64,000 nt of DNA from Nemertoderma westbladi (Eukaryota; Animalia; Xenacoelomorpha): positions 3,246 to 67,245 of the forward strand of contig JAUCBJ010003673.1 of the NCBI GenBank assembly GCA_032718475.1, written 5' to 3'. Each line of letters opens with the position of its first letter. The stretch's first letter is position 1. The notes beneath the pieces are model-generated. The model did not search any database, was not told the origin of the DNA, and was given only the letters and a program-made list of their open reading frames with translations. Shown in pieces: positions 1 through 14,600 of the stretch. The translations under genes and the position numbers were made by a program.

Positions 1-3000
1 ACACTAATACTCACTTATATCACTATTTATCCACACTAATACTCACTTATATCACTATTTATCCACACTAATACTCACTTATATCACTATTTATCCACAC
101 TAATACTCACTTATATCACTATTTATCCACACTAATACTCACTTATATCACTATTTATCCACACCAATACTCACTTATATCACTATTTATCTACACCAAT
201 ACTCTCTTATATCACTATTTATCCACACTAATACTCACTTATTATCACTATTTATCCACACTAATACTCACTTATATCACTATTTATCCACACTAATACT
301 CACTTATATCACTATTTATCCACACTAATACTCACTTATATCACTATTTATCCACACTAATACTCACTTATATCACTATTTATCCACACTAATACTCACT
401 TATATCACTATTTATCCACACTAATACTCACTTATATCACTATTTATCCACACTAATACTCACTTATATCACTATTTATCCACACTAATACTCACTTATA
501 TCACTATTTATCCACACTAATACTCACTTATATCACTATTTATCCACACTAATACTCACTTATATCACTATTTATCCACACTAATACTCACTTATATCAC
601 TATTTATCCACACCAATACTCACTTATATCACTATTTATCCACACTAATACTCACTTATATCACTATTTATCCACACCACTCACTTATATCACTATTTAT
701 CCACACTAATACTCACTTATATCACTATTTATCCACACTAATACTCTCTTATATCACTATTTATCCACACTAATACTCACTTATATCACTATTTATCCAC
801 ACCACTCACTTATATCACTATTTATCCACACTAATACTCACTTAATCACTATTTATCCACACTAATACTCACTTATATCACTATTTATCCACACTAATAC
901 TCACTTATATCACTATTTATCCACACTAATACTCACTTATTATCACTATTTATCCACACTAATACTCACTTATTATCACTATTTATCCACACTAATACTC
1001 ACTTATATCACTATTTATCCACACTAATACTCACTTATATCACTATTTATCCACACCAATACTCACTTATATCACTATTTATCTACACCAATACTCTCTT
1101 ATATCACTATTTATCCACACTAATACTCACTTATTATCACTATTTATCCACACTAATACTCACTTATTATCACTATTTATCCACACTAATACTCACTTAT
1201 ATCACTATTTATCCACACTAATACTCACTTATTATCACTATTTATCCACACTAATACTCACTTATATCACTATTTATCCACACTAATACTCACTTATATC
1301 ACTATTTATCCACACTAATACTCACTTATATCACTATTTATCCACACCACTCACTTATATCACTATTTATCCACACTAATACTCACTTATATCACTATTT
1401 ATCCACACTAATACTCACTTATATCACTATTTATCCACACTAATACTCACTTATATCACTATTTATCCACACTAATACTCACTTATATCACTATTTATCC
1501 ACACTAATACTCACTTATATCACTATTTATCCACACTAATACTCACTTATATCACTATTTATCCACACTAATACTCACTTATATCACTATTTATCCACAC
1601 TAATACTCACTTATATCACTATTTATCTACACCAATACTCTCTTATATCACTATTTATCCACACTAATACTCACTTATTATCACTATTTATCCACACTAA
1701 TACTCACTTATATCACTATTTATCCACACCACTCACTTATATCACTATTTATCCACACCACTCACTTATATCACTATTTATCCACACTAATACTCACTTA
1801 TATCACTATTTATCCACACTAATACTCACTTATATCACTATTTATCCACACTAATACTCACTTATATCACTATTTATCCACACAAATACTCACTTATATC
1901 ACTATTTATCCACACTAATACTCACTTATATCACTATTTATCCACACAAATACTCACTTAATCACTATTTATCCACACTAATACTCACTTATATCACTAT
2001 TTATCCACACTAATACTCACTTATATCACCATTTATCCACACCACTCACTTATATCACTATTTATCCACACAAATACTCACTTAATCACTATTTATCCAC
2101 ACTAATACTCACTTATATCACTATTTATCCACACAAATACTCACTTATATCACTATTTATCCACACAAATACTCACTTATATCACTATTTATCCACACTA
2201 ATACTCACTTATATCACTATTTATCCACACAAATACTCACTTATATCACTATTTATCCACACTAATACTCACTTATATCACTATTTATCCACACTAATAC
2301 TCACTTATATCACTATTTATCCACACTAATACTCACTTATATCACTATTTATCCACACCACTCACTTATATCACTATTTATCCACACTAATACTCACTTA
2401 TATCACTATTTATCCACACTAATACTCACTTATATCACTATTTATCCACACTAATACTCACTTATATCACTATTTATCCACACCACTCACTTATATCACT
2501 ATTTATCCACACTAATACTCACTTATATCACTATTTATCCACACTAATACTCACTTATATCACTATTTATCCACACTAATACTCACTTATATCACTATTT
2601 ATCCACACAAATACTCACTTAATCACTATTTATCCACACAAATACTCACTTAATCACTATTTATCCACACTAATACTCACTTATATCACTATTTATCCAC
2701 ACCACTCACTTATATCACTATTTATCCACACTAATACTCACTTATATCACTATTTATCCACACTAATACTCACTTATATCACTATTTATCCACACTAATA
2801 CTCACTCATATCACTATTTATCCACACAAATACTCACTTAATCACTATTTATCCACACTAATACTCACTTATATCACTATTTATCTACACCAATACTCTC
2901 TTATATCACTATTTATCCACACGAATACTCACTTATTATCACTATTTATCCACACTAATACTCACTTATATCACTATTTATCCACACCACTCACTTATAT

Positions 3001-4776
3001 CACTATTTATCCACACCACTCACTTATATCACTATTTATCCACACTAATACTCACTTATATCACTATTTATCCACACCACTCACTTATATCACTATTTAT
3101 CCACACTAATACTCACTTATATCACTATTTATCCACACTAATACTCACTTATATCACTATTTATCCACACTAATACTCACTTATATCACTATTTATCCAC
3201 ACAAATACTCACTTAATCACTATTTATCCACACTAATACTCACTTATATCACCATTTATCCACACTAATACTCACTTATATCACCATTTATCCACACTAA
3301 TACTCACTTATATCACTATTAATCCACACTAATACTCACATATATCTCTATTTATCCACACTAATACTCACTTATATCACTATTTATCCACACCAATACT
3401 CACTTATATCACTATTTATCTACACCAATACTCTCTTATATCACTATTTATCCACACTAATACTCACTTATTATCACTATTTATCCACACTAATACTCAC
3501 TTATATCACTATTTATCCACACCACTCACTTATATCACTATTTATCCACACTAATACTCACTTATATCACTATTTATCCACACTAATACTCACTTATATC
3601 ACTATTTATCCACACTAATACTCACTTATATCACTATTTATCCACACAAATACTCACTTAAGCACTATTTATCCACACTAATACTCACTTATATCACTAT
3701 TTATCCACACTAATACTCACTTATATCACTATTTATCCACACTAATACTCACTTATATCACTATTTATCCACACTAATACTCACTTATATCACTATTTAT
3801 CCACACTAATACTCACTTATATCACTATTTATCCACACAAATACTCACTTAATCACTATTTATCCACACTAATACTCACTTATATCACTATTTATCCACA
3901 CTAATACTCACTTATATCACTATTTATCCACACAAATACTCACTTAATCACTATTTATCCACACTAATACTCACTTATATCACTATTTATCCACACTAAT
4001 ACTCACTTATATCACTATTTATCCACACAAATACTCACTTAAGCACTATTTATCCACACTAATACTCACTTATATCACTATTTATCCACACTAATACTCA
4101 CTTATATCACTATTTATCCACACTAATACTCACTTATATCACTATTTATCCACACTAATACTCTCTTATATCACTATTTATCCACACAAATACTCACTTA
4201 ATCACTATTTATCCACACTAATACTCACTTATATCACTATTGATCCACACTAATACTCACTTATATCACTATTTATCCACACTAATACTCACCTATATCA
4301 CTATTTATCCACACCAATACTCACTTATATCACTATTTATCCACACTAATACTCTCTTATATCACTATTTATCCACACTAATACTCACTTATATCACTAT
4401 TTATCCACACTAATACTCTCTTATATCACTATTTATCCACACTAATACTCACTTATTATCACTATTTATCCACACTAATACTCACTTATATCACTATTTA
4501 TCCACACCACTCACTTATATCACTATTTATCCACACTAATACTCACTTATATCACTATTTATCCACACTAATACTCACTTATATCACTATTTATCCACAC
4601 TAATACTCACTTATATCACTATTTATCCACACTAATACTCACTTATATCACCATTTATCCACACTAATACTCACGCATATCACTATTTATCCACACTAAT
4701 ACTCACTTATATCACTATTTATCCACACTAATACTCACTTACATCACTATTTATCCGCACTAATACTCACTTATAT
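1..4776. repeat. Tandem satellite, 32-bp unit (CCACACTAATACTCACTTATATCACTATTTAT), ~150 copies, runs off the window start
   Basis: Periodicity directly visible. Recurrent 29-, 31- and 33-bp variants. The unit is three degenerate ~11-bp subrepeats and the + strand is almost G-free. Confidence 0.98.
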
Positions 4777-4858
4777 ACTTATAACTGTATATTTACTTAC
4801 CGTATTAATATCTTCCCATACTCAAACTGTACCTACGCAAATTTAAGTCACTTACTCT

Positions 4859-5316
4859 TGTAACGGGATCCAGGAGTTGGCTGATGGATCCCGACCGGTG
4901 GTGTGTTGTTGGTTTGGGCTATACGCGTCGCCGCGTCCGTAGGCTGCTGAAAGGCTGTGGTGTCTGAACGTTAAGGCCGAAGGCCGTTGGAATAACTGAG
5001 TTTTAGTGTCAGTCGTTATAATGTCAGGACGTAATAATAGCACAATCAGAATATAATAGCACGGTAGTGACGACAGTTAAAAACCGTTCTGGTCTCACAA
5101 CTCTACAGATACCAACTGAATCACAATCAATAAGCACAACGGTTTTATTACCGACACATATTGGTTACTCCTACTGTTCTAAGCGGCCTGGCCAATGGAT
5201 GCATTCCAATCACCTGTTTTCCCCTCCCATCGTTGGCTAATTGGTAAACCATAATTGGTAAAAAGCCACTTTGCCCATTTTCCGCTGGGTAGTGCAGGGA
5301 ATTGAATCCGCTTACA
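4859..5316 (-). mobile_element. Solo LTR, 458 bp
   Basis: TGTAA...TTACA termini flanked by a 5-bp direct repeat ACTCT (4854-4858, 5317-5321). Strand is tentative, from an AATAAA on the minus strand near 5145. Confidence 0.75.
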
Positions 5317-6540
5317 ACTCTACTATATACAATTCCACACACAACAGACATTAACAAAATCCAATAAGTTATTTCTCAATGTGCAGTTGCGGAAAATCTG
5401 AAAAGGGCCATGGGATCATATTCTGTATCATTACCGTACCGGCTTAAAGGACCCCGTAAGGGACCAGAAATAATGCAAAAAAAACCTGTATTTGTAATTT
5501 CAGTTTTCAGCTTAATTTCAGTTTCAAAGTTATTTTCAGTGTTCAGCACAAAAGCAAAAATATGTGATAATAATAAGTTACTGTTGTATAGCAATTAGCA
5601 ATAGCAATAATAATAATAATAATTTTTTTATAAAGCGCACTATACATGATGATCTAGGCGCTAATACAATAGCAATGTGCATGATAACTAAATTAGTTCC
5701 TACTGTATATATGTAATAGCTACCGGTACAGTATATAAATAATTTACATTTGAAGTAAAGGGGACTAAAATATCGTTATTGGGAAATAATGTTACCGAAA
5801 CTAAATAAATTTAAGTTGTAATGAGCAAATACATGGAAAAGCCGACGTACAGTAGTAGATAGCACAAAACCAGTTATAATTGTAGTGACGCAATGCACGG
5901 TAAAGCTGCGCAGTTGTCACTGTGTAAGCACAATAGTGGTTAATTCATTTGCATTTTAATGTATATTTCAGATAAACTAAAATGGTTAGCTAAATATACT
6001 GTGCTAAAAATAACTATTTAGTGTAAAGGTTACAAAAAAAGCTAATTTGTGCCACCATTATGGTTTTACTAATTGAAAGTCACATAAAAACATAAATATC
6101 AACCATCGAAAAGATTCCTCCATTGTAAAATAATTAAATCGAAATAGTAAATCAAGTAATGCAGCTCCTATATATTATAATATGATAGAATATTAAATAA
6201 ACTATTTGGCACATTTTTTAGACAAAAAAATGACTTTCAACAAATAAAGTCCATACTAAAACTAGAGATTGTCTTCTTGTCAAGGGTCCAGATAAATCAA
6301 TATCACATTCGTTGTAGTTTATGCTTTCCATTATCGTTTATAACTAAAGTCCTGCCTCCCCTTAGGTCTAGTTGATTTACATAGTGGTTGATAAGAGAAA
6401 TTAAGCGCCATTGTATATGGCATTGATAGCAGGGGTTAGTGGTTACCCAAAATAATTGTCAATGCAGTGATTTCTATATTTTGGACACAGGACAGCGCAG
6501 CCCTTTATGAATCACCAGCAAGGTAAAGCAAGGTTGCCGT

Positions 6541-9510
6541 GGATACAATAACAAATGTATATAATAACAAATGGATCCAATAACAAATATATATAATAAC
6601 TAATCATCTAGAACTAAGGGATCCAAAGGCTAATGGATCCAATAGCCAATGGATCCAATAACCAATGGATCCATTAACTAATGGAACCAATAACCAATGG
6701 ATCCAATACCAATGGATCCAATAACCAATGATTCCAATAACCAATGGATCCAATAACTAATGGATCCAATAACCAATGAACCCAATAACAAATATGGATC
6801 CAATAACAAATCGACCAAATAATCAATGGATCCAAAAACCCCAATTACAAATATAACCAATGGATCCAATAACCAATGGATCCAATAAGCAATCGATCCA
6901 ATAACCAATGTATCCCATAACCAATGGCTCCAATAACCAATGGATCCAATAACCAACGGATACAATAACTAATAGATCCAATAACCAATGGATCCAACAA
7001 CCAATGGATCCCATAACCATTGGATCCAATAACCAATGGATCCAATAACCAATGGATCCAATAACCAATGGATTCAATAACCAATGGATCCAATAACCAA
7101 TGGATCCAATAACCAATGGATCCAATAACCATTGGATCCAATAACCAATGGATCTAATAACCTATGGATCCAATAACCAATGGATCCAATAACCAATGGA
7201 TCCAATAACCAATGGATCCAATAACCAATGGATCCAATAAACAATGGATCCAATAACCAATGGATCCAATAACCAATGTATCCAATAACCAATGGATCCA
7301 ATAACCAATGGATCTCATAACCAATGGCTCCAATAACCAATGGATCCAAAATCCCAATGGATCCAATAACAAATGGATCCAATAACCAATAGATCCAATA
7401 ACCAACAGATACAATAATTAATGGATCCAACAACCAATGGATCCAATAACAAATGGATCCAACAACCAATGGATCCAATGAACAATGGATCCAATAACAA
7501 ATGGATCCAATAACCAATGGATCCAATAACCAATTGATCCAATAACCAACGGATACAATAATTAATGGATCCCAATGGATCCAATAACAAATGGATCCAA
7601 TAACCAATAGATCCAATAACCAACAGATACAATAATTAATGGATCCAACAACCAATGGATCCAATAACAAATGGATCCAACAACCAATGGATCCAATGAA
7701 CAATGGATCCAATAACAAATGGATCCAATAACCAATGGATCCAATAACCAATTGATCCAATAACCAACGGATACAATAATTAATGGATCCAACAACCAAT
7801 GGATCCAATAACAAATGGATCCAACAACCAATGGATCCAATTAACAATGGATCCAATAACCAATGGATCCAATAACCAATGGATCCAATAACCCATGGAT
7901 CCAATAACCAATGGATACAATAACCAATGGATCCAATAACCAATGGATCCACTAACCAATGGACCCATAACCAATGGCTCCAATAACCAATGGATCCAAA
8001 AACCAATTGATCCAATAACCAATGGATCCAATAATCAACGGATACAATAATTAATGGATCCAACAACCAATGGATTCAATAACCAATGGATCCAACAACC
8101 AATGGATCCAACAACCAATGGATCCAATAACCAATGGATCCAATAACCAATGGATCCAATTACCAATGGATCCAATAACCAATGGATCCAATAACCAATG
8201 GATCCAATAACCAATGGATCCAATAACCAATGGATCCAATAACCAATGGATCCAATAACCAATGGATCCAATAACCAATGGCTCCAATAACCAATGGATC
8301 CAATAACCAATGGATCCAATAACCAATGGATCCAATAACCAATGGATCCCATAACCAATGGCTCCAATAACCAATGGATCCAAAAACCAATTGATCATAT
8401 AACCAATGGATACAATAACCAATGGATCCAATAACCAACGGATACAATAATTAATGGATCCAACAACCAATGGATCCAACAACAAATGGATCCAACAACC
8501 AATGGATCCAATAAACAATGGATCCAACAACCAATGGATCCAGCAACCAATGGATCCAATAACCAATGGACCCAATACCCAATATTAATCCAATAACTAA
8601 TCGACCAAATAATCAATGGATCCAATAACCCCAATTACAAATAAAACCACCAATAACCAATGGATCCAATAACCAATGGATCCCATAACCAATGGCTCCA
8701 ATAACCAATGGATCCAAAAACCAATTGATCATATAACCAATGGATACAATAACCAATGGATCCAATAACCAACGGATACAATAATTAATGGATCCAACAA
8801 CCAATGGATCCAACAACAAATGGATCCAACAACCAATGGATCCAATAAACAATGGATCCAACAACCAATGGATCCAATAACCAATGGATCCAATAACAAA
8901 TGGATCCCATAACCAATGGCTCCAATAACCAATGGATCCAAAAACCAATTGATCATATAACCAATGGATACAATAACCAATGGATCCAACAAGCAATGGA
9001 TCCAACAACAAATGGATCCAACAACCAATGGATCCAATAAACAATGGATCCAACAACCAATGGATCCAACAACCAATGGATCCAACAACCAATGGATCCA
9101 ATAACCAATGGACCCAATAACCAATATTAATCCAATAACTAATCGACCAAATAATCAATGGATCCAATAACCCCAATTACAAATAAAACCAATGGATTCA
9201 ATAACCAATGGATGCCATAACCAATGGATGCCATAACCAATGGCTCCAATAACCAATGGATTCAAAAACCAATTGATCCTATAACCAATGGATCCAATAA
9301 CCAATGGATCCAATAACCAACGGATACAATAATTAATGGATCCAACTACCAATGGATCCAATAACAAATGGATCCAACAACCAATGGATCCAATAACCAA
9401 TGGATCCAATAACCAATGGATCCAATAACCAATGGATCCAATAACCAATGGATCCAATAACCAATGGATCCACTAACCAATGGATCCAATAACTAATGGA
9501 TCCAATAAAT
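6541..9510. repeat. Tandem satellite, 16-bp unit (CCAATGGATCCAATAA), ~185 copies, with higher-order blocks
   Basis: Periodicity directly visible, with a GGATCC in most units. A diverged block recurs near 6810, 8600 and 9140. Confidence 0.98.
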
Positions 9511-10870
9511 ATAATTAGTAATACCAATAGATATAATTATGATCAATTGATCCTTGTGGAAGTTAAAATGGGGTAAAAAGCGGCTCATAAAGTAGCATAT
9601 TATAGCACACTATCACAATTAGCGTTGCCTAGGTTAATTTCCGGATATTACTCTTATACCTAGTAGAACAATAGGAATAGTAAATTAAATATTACATGTT
9701 ATAACACCCACAATATTCACTTCACAATATTGCTTCTATTTCATTTTCAGAATAGTTTCTATTTAACATTCTGCTGCTTTAATGGTTGTAAAGCAATTGA
9801 TAGGTTAAAGTCATTGAGCTAGGGTTATAGTTGTCGCACAGCTATCGTAGCATGGATTGGCCAACCGCTAAACAATCATACAATAAAAATATCCTGACAG
9901 TGTTATAAGGTGCTACTTTTTACTCGTGATATGTAGGATACTATATAATAATTACTACATTAGACATACAATGATTAATTGTTGAATGTAACACCGAAAT
10001 ACAAAATAATTGTCCTACTGTAAAAGCTAAAAATACTAAACAAACATATCGCCAAACATTCGAATGAATAAGATTAATATATTAAAAGAATTGACATTTA
10101 ATTATCCTGATCACTGATTAGTTTTTAGAAACTCAAGACAAAGTTCTTACGGTAATAATATTTGTTTGTTTGTCGTCATTCGGGTTTGAGCCCCCCCCCC
10201 CCCCCCCCCTGGTATTCTAATTAAGCCCAATTAATTAGATTTATAATATTATTTAATCTTACAATTTACAGAAACAACCTGTTTTGAAAAACGAATCGAT
10301 GGTATCTCGAATGCGATTGGTTCCAAAAGATTTTGGGTACAGACTGGCTAATATAATAAGATGGCGGGCGTAGTTAATAGTTAATGTAATAGATATAAAA
10401 TATATTAATATATACTAAAATATATTGTGCAATTATTAGAGTTAGTGATTACATTATATAGAGGAGTGGTTAGCGACATAAAACGGTGAAATTGTGACAA
10501 AAGTGACAAACAATTTTTTTTAAAGGACCTTTGAGTATAGATAGATGAAGAAAATAATGCCATTCCTAAAAAGCAATCGAATGCAAAATTTAGGGCAGAT
10601 TATCTGAATTTCGGTTAAATTAAATTAGTGACAAGCAGTACTTTCCTACAACGTTTATTTTATATCGAATACACTATTTTATCTGAAAAATGTAACGAGT
10701 TATCAGTAATAAATAATTTTACATTTAATTTACATTAGGTACCGGTATCGGGTATAGCACTACCAGCTGACGCTTAATTATAAATTTATCTATGCATTCA
10801 TTGTCGACTGTAGTACCATTGACGTAATTTCCAAGTTATAATTAATAATTGGCAAAGATCAGATGTTTTT

Positions 10871-10931
10871 AGGTCGGGTCTCGAACCCAGTAAAGAATAA
10901 CACAGCTGTAGCGATCTGACGACTGAGCTAA
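10871..10931 (-). other. Degenerate tRNA/SINE-head relic
   Basis: Minus strand TAGCTCAGTCG (A-box-like) and GGTTCGAGACC (B-box-like) at tRNA spacing, with no intact cloverleaf. Confidence 0.35.
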
Positions 10932-11650
10932 AATTTCCAATTTTCTATCACTACAATAGTGATAGAAACACTTTATGCCTAATGCCACTACTTTATTTTA
11001 GTGAAAAAAAGTTAAGAATAGTGAGCCGAAAGCAGTATTTTCTTCCACTGTTTTCTACCAATTTTAGTGAAAAAAAATGAAGTTTTCAGATAAAAAAACT
11101 TTAGTCAAATGGCTAACAATAAATTGTATTCCCTTCACATCGAATCGCAGTTTATTGCAAAATTAATTAAATTATTCTGGGTTGTATTTATGTCAATTTC
11201 TTTAGAATTTCCAGCAATAAATATAAAATATATGTTCCACAGATCCACACAAATACATTTCTTTGGAGCTCCAATAGTTACCAATAGTTACCTTTGGAGC
11301 CCCATCCATAGTTACTAAGTTACTCACAAAAAACTTTTGTCACACTCCACTAATGATTCACTGATCGCTATCTTAATTAATCAATAATCATAAAATGTTG
11401 TGCAACATATTTCTGGAATAAATCAACATAACTGACTTTACAAAAATCACATAACTGTACAAATCTGTACATTGATTGTGTTATTGGTTGATGTATGTTC
11501 GAATATTTAGTTTATATTTTATTTGTGTTTCCGGTACTATCTCCACAAACACACCAAGTCTCGTATACAAAACAATAAGTATTGTGCCTCAGTAAATAAT
11601 ATTGTTTGTCTTAAATATATAATAAATGATTGATTACAATATTCTGATAG

Positions 11651-14600
11651 TTAATTTGAATGAATGTTATTTTCGAACTGCAACCACCAAGTTTTTAACT
11701 GTGTTTTTCGAGATGATCTTATAGTAATATGGTCGGTTCCTCCCTGACTTCCAGTCACTACAAACACATTGTTTGGTACGGCGCGATTGATGCTTCCAAT
11801 GAGACTAAACGGTTGGTCTTCTATGGAAGAGTCGAGACAGTCCACAGGCTGAGGAGACAAGGTCTCCAACGTGTTTACTGTTGGTGATTTACCTTTCTTT
11901 ATTTTGGCCTTTTGTTTTAGAGCTTGAAAGCCCCCAGAAAGAGTCCATTTCCTTTTGTTTTGTGATTTTCCCGTGGGGGTCTCGCTATCTGTAGAAACGG
12001 TGAAGACGGGTGACTGAGGTTGGTTCCTATCATCTAGTGTTTCAATCGCTTTAGAGTTTGTTACTAAATCGTACGCAAATTCGGGACCTTCTTCACGCCC
12101 GTGGTCCTCCTCTTCTGGCCTCAGATCGGGGGCCTGGCATGCTGATGTAGAAATATTAACCGATTGTATAAAATTAATCGGTCCACTGTGATCGAACGTA
12201 GCCATGATCACTAATCTCTCAAATATTGGTATCCCCCCTTGGTTGGGCAGGTGCATTCTAACAAGAACCCCTTTATTGGTTCCCAACCAGACATCAGAAA
12301 GAATCCTCCTACACGCTGACACATATATGTCGCTGTTGGATCCAATCTTTCCAAGTTTCTTCCCTTTACTCGATTCAACTTTTAACGCCGCCTGGACTTG
12401 ATCAACAATACTCATCTCATGAATAAAAACTTTGGATTCTCTGTGATAGAAGCAGATCATTGGACTTTTGTGATACGTTATGAGGAACACAGAACCGCAA
12501 ATGGCAATGTTAGTAACTGAATGGTTCTTCTTCGTTGTCACTTCGCAGTGGGCCGTCAATGCCATGGTCTTTAGGTTGTAAACGAATAATTGGTGTCCGC
12601 ATGGTACCCATATCTCTCCTGAAGCTTCTTCAGCACACGTGACAGCGGTGTTCCCCAGCACTCGTGGTCTTGGGTCAGGGTCTGTAAATGCCCATGCACT
12701 GCCAGTATGTCGCTCATATGTAAGTAACGACCCGTCTGCAAACCCAACCAATAACCTATCACAAACATAACGCAAAAGCGTTATAGTCTTTCCAAAATTA
12801 AACTGATGCAGCATCTTTTCTGACGGTATATCAAACACCAATATTTTTCCACAAACTGTGCCTATCAATACTACTGTATCAAAATGCGATGAAGCATATT
12901 CAATGCAATGCGGCTGCATTCTATCTGAGATTTTAAATGTTTTCCGCTTGGTGTTGGGTGAAGAGTTAAATGATAATACACATATACAATAATTATGTTT
13001 TCCTTTATGGCAAACAGTCCATAGATCCGATAAAGGTCCGATTGCGTTCACAATATTAGGAAATGTGTCCACGGAGTCGCTTTTAACTGGAATTTTATTT
13101 GTTTGTACTTCTACACCACACATTGGCATGCCATCCTTTTCAGAATCCATTGAAAACTCGTTGATCAAAATAGCAGAACACAGGAGGGAGGTTGGTATGG
13201 AAGAATCAATATCTGTCACACAGATCCAATACGGATTCTGCAAATAAGTATGCTTCAATTGCGCTTTGCATAATTCCTGGCACCAGTGGAGTTTTTTACG
13301 GTTGTTTTCGAATTCGAACAAAGGGAAAAATTGATCAGAATCTGGTGTACCGATTCTGAGCCTCAATCGTTTCCTTGTCGTTTTAGAAATATCTGAAGTG
13401 TAGGATTTCAGTGTGTTTCTGATACTCCTTTGAATTGTATCTACAGGTAAATTCAAATCACCATAAGACCCTCTAAGTGTCTTGACCTTTGACGATATTT
13501 CAAATAAAACATTAAAATCATGAATTAAGTCAACACATTCACTCTCATTTGATGTAGACAGTGAAGATGTGTTAATCTTAACAAGAGAGATATGTGATAT
13601 TGGAGAATCCCATTTAACTCTGAAACGTGTTTCTTTTTTGTCTTTGATGGAATCATCATCAACTTCTTGCACACACATTACTCTATCATTGAATATAATT
13701 AATTCTCTAGGGTTTCCCTGCACCACTTCCCCTTTGTCTCCCATTATCAAGTCAGTTACACTTGATTTATAACAATATTTGCCTGGAAGATCTTTATATT
13801 TATCATTAATCAACGGAGTTGTGAAATGCTGGGCCAAACATTTCACTTCATGCATTTGTTTCATGCGGCAGCAACTGGCATTCAACTGTTCTGTAAATAT
13901 TTCTATAACAGTAAGAGAGCGTTGAATGTTTATGTAGTCAGGGTGACCGTTATCAGTTTGAGATAGCAGCTCCAACACAAATCTAATGTACTCCTGATAT
14001 CTATGCAATGGTTTAGCTAAGAATAAGGGCAGTTCTGCGTTTTCTGTTTGAGTGCGTTTTGTCATTAGGGATCCACACAAAGGTTTTTCAGACAATGATT
14101 CTAGACCATTTATTAATACAAAAGCCAACCCCATCTTGGCAATGTAATCTTTGTAGACATTTAATGGAGTGACATTGGCAAACAATAAATGCAAAGCATC
14201 ACCTATAGATTGACTAGTATCCCACTGAGAGATATGTGTCTGCAAAGTTGAACGAAGATATTGGTGCCAGGCAATGATAGGGGTCAATTTATCAACAACT
14301 GTTTTTATATCATTTAAATTCAACTTATCAGAAATGTGAATATCAAATTTTTTAATTTTTTCTAAGGCTTGGACGTAAACATTCTCATCATTTATAAACC
14401 GCCTGACTATTTCTCGACGTTTGGCTTCATTTTGTGATATTTTTACCGGCAATGGAGGTAATTCCAGAATTACATCCATAATAGACTCCACACTTTCATA
14501 AGGGGTTTCTAAAACCGATTCTTGGGTAACAAGACTTCCAAAACTAGACAGCTGGGGTTCTATTGGATAATTGTAAATGGGAGCTAACTCATCTCCTTGC

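Noticed and set aside
6678-9527. Many minus-strand ORFs with LLDPLVIGSIGYWIHW repeats
   Set aside because: Translation of a stop-free 16-bp satellite in all three frames; no evidence of coding.
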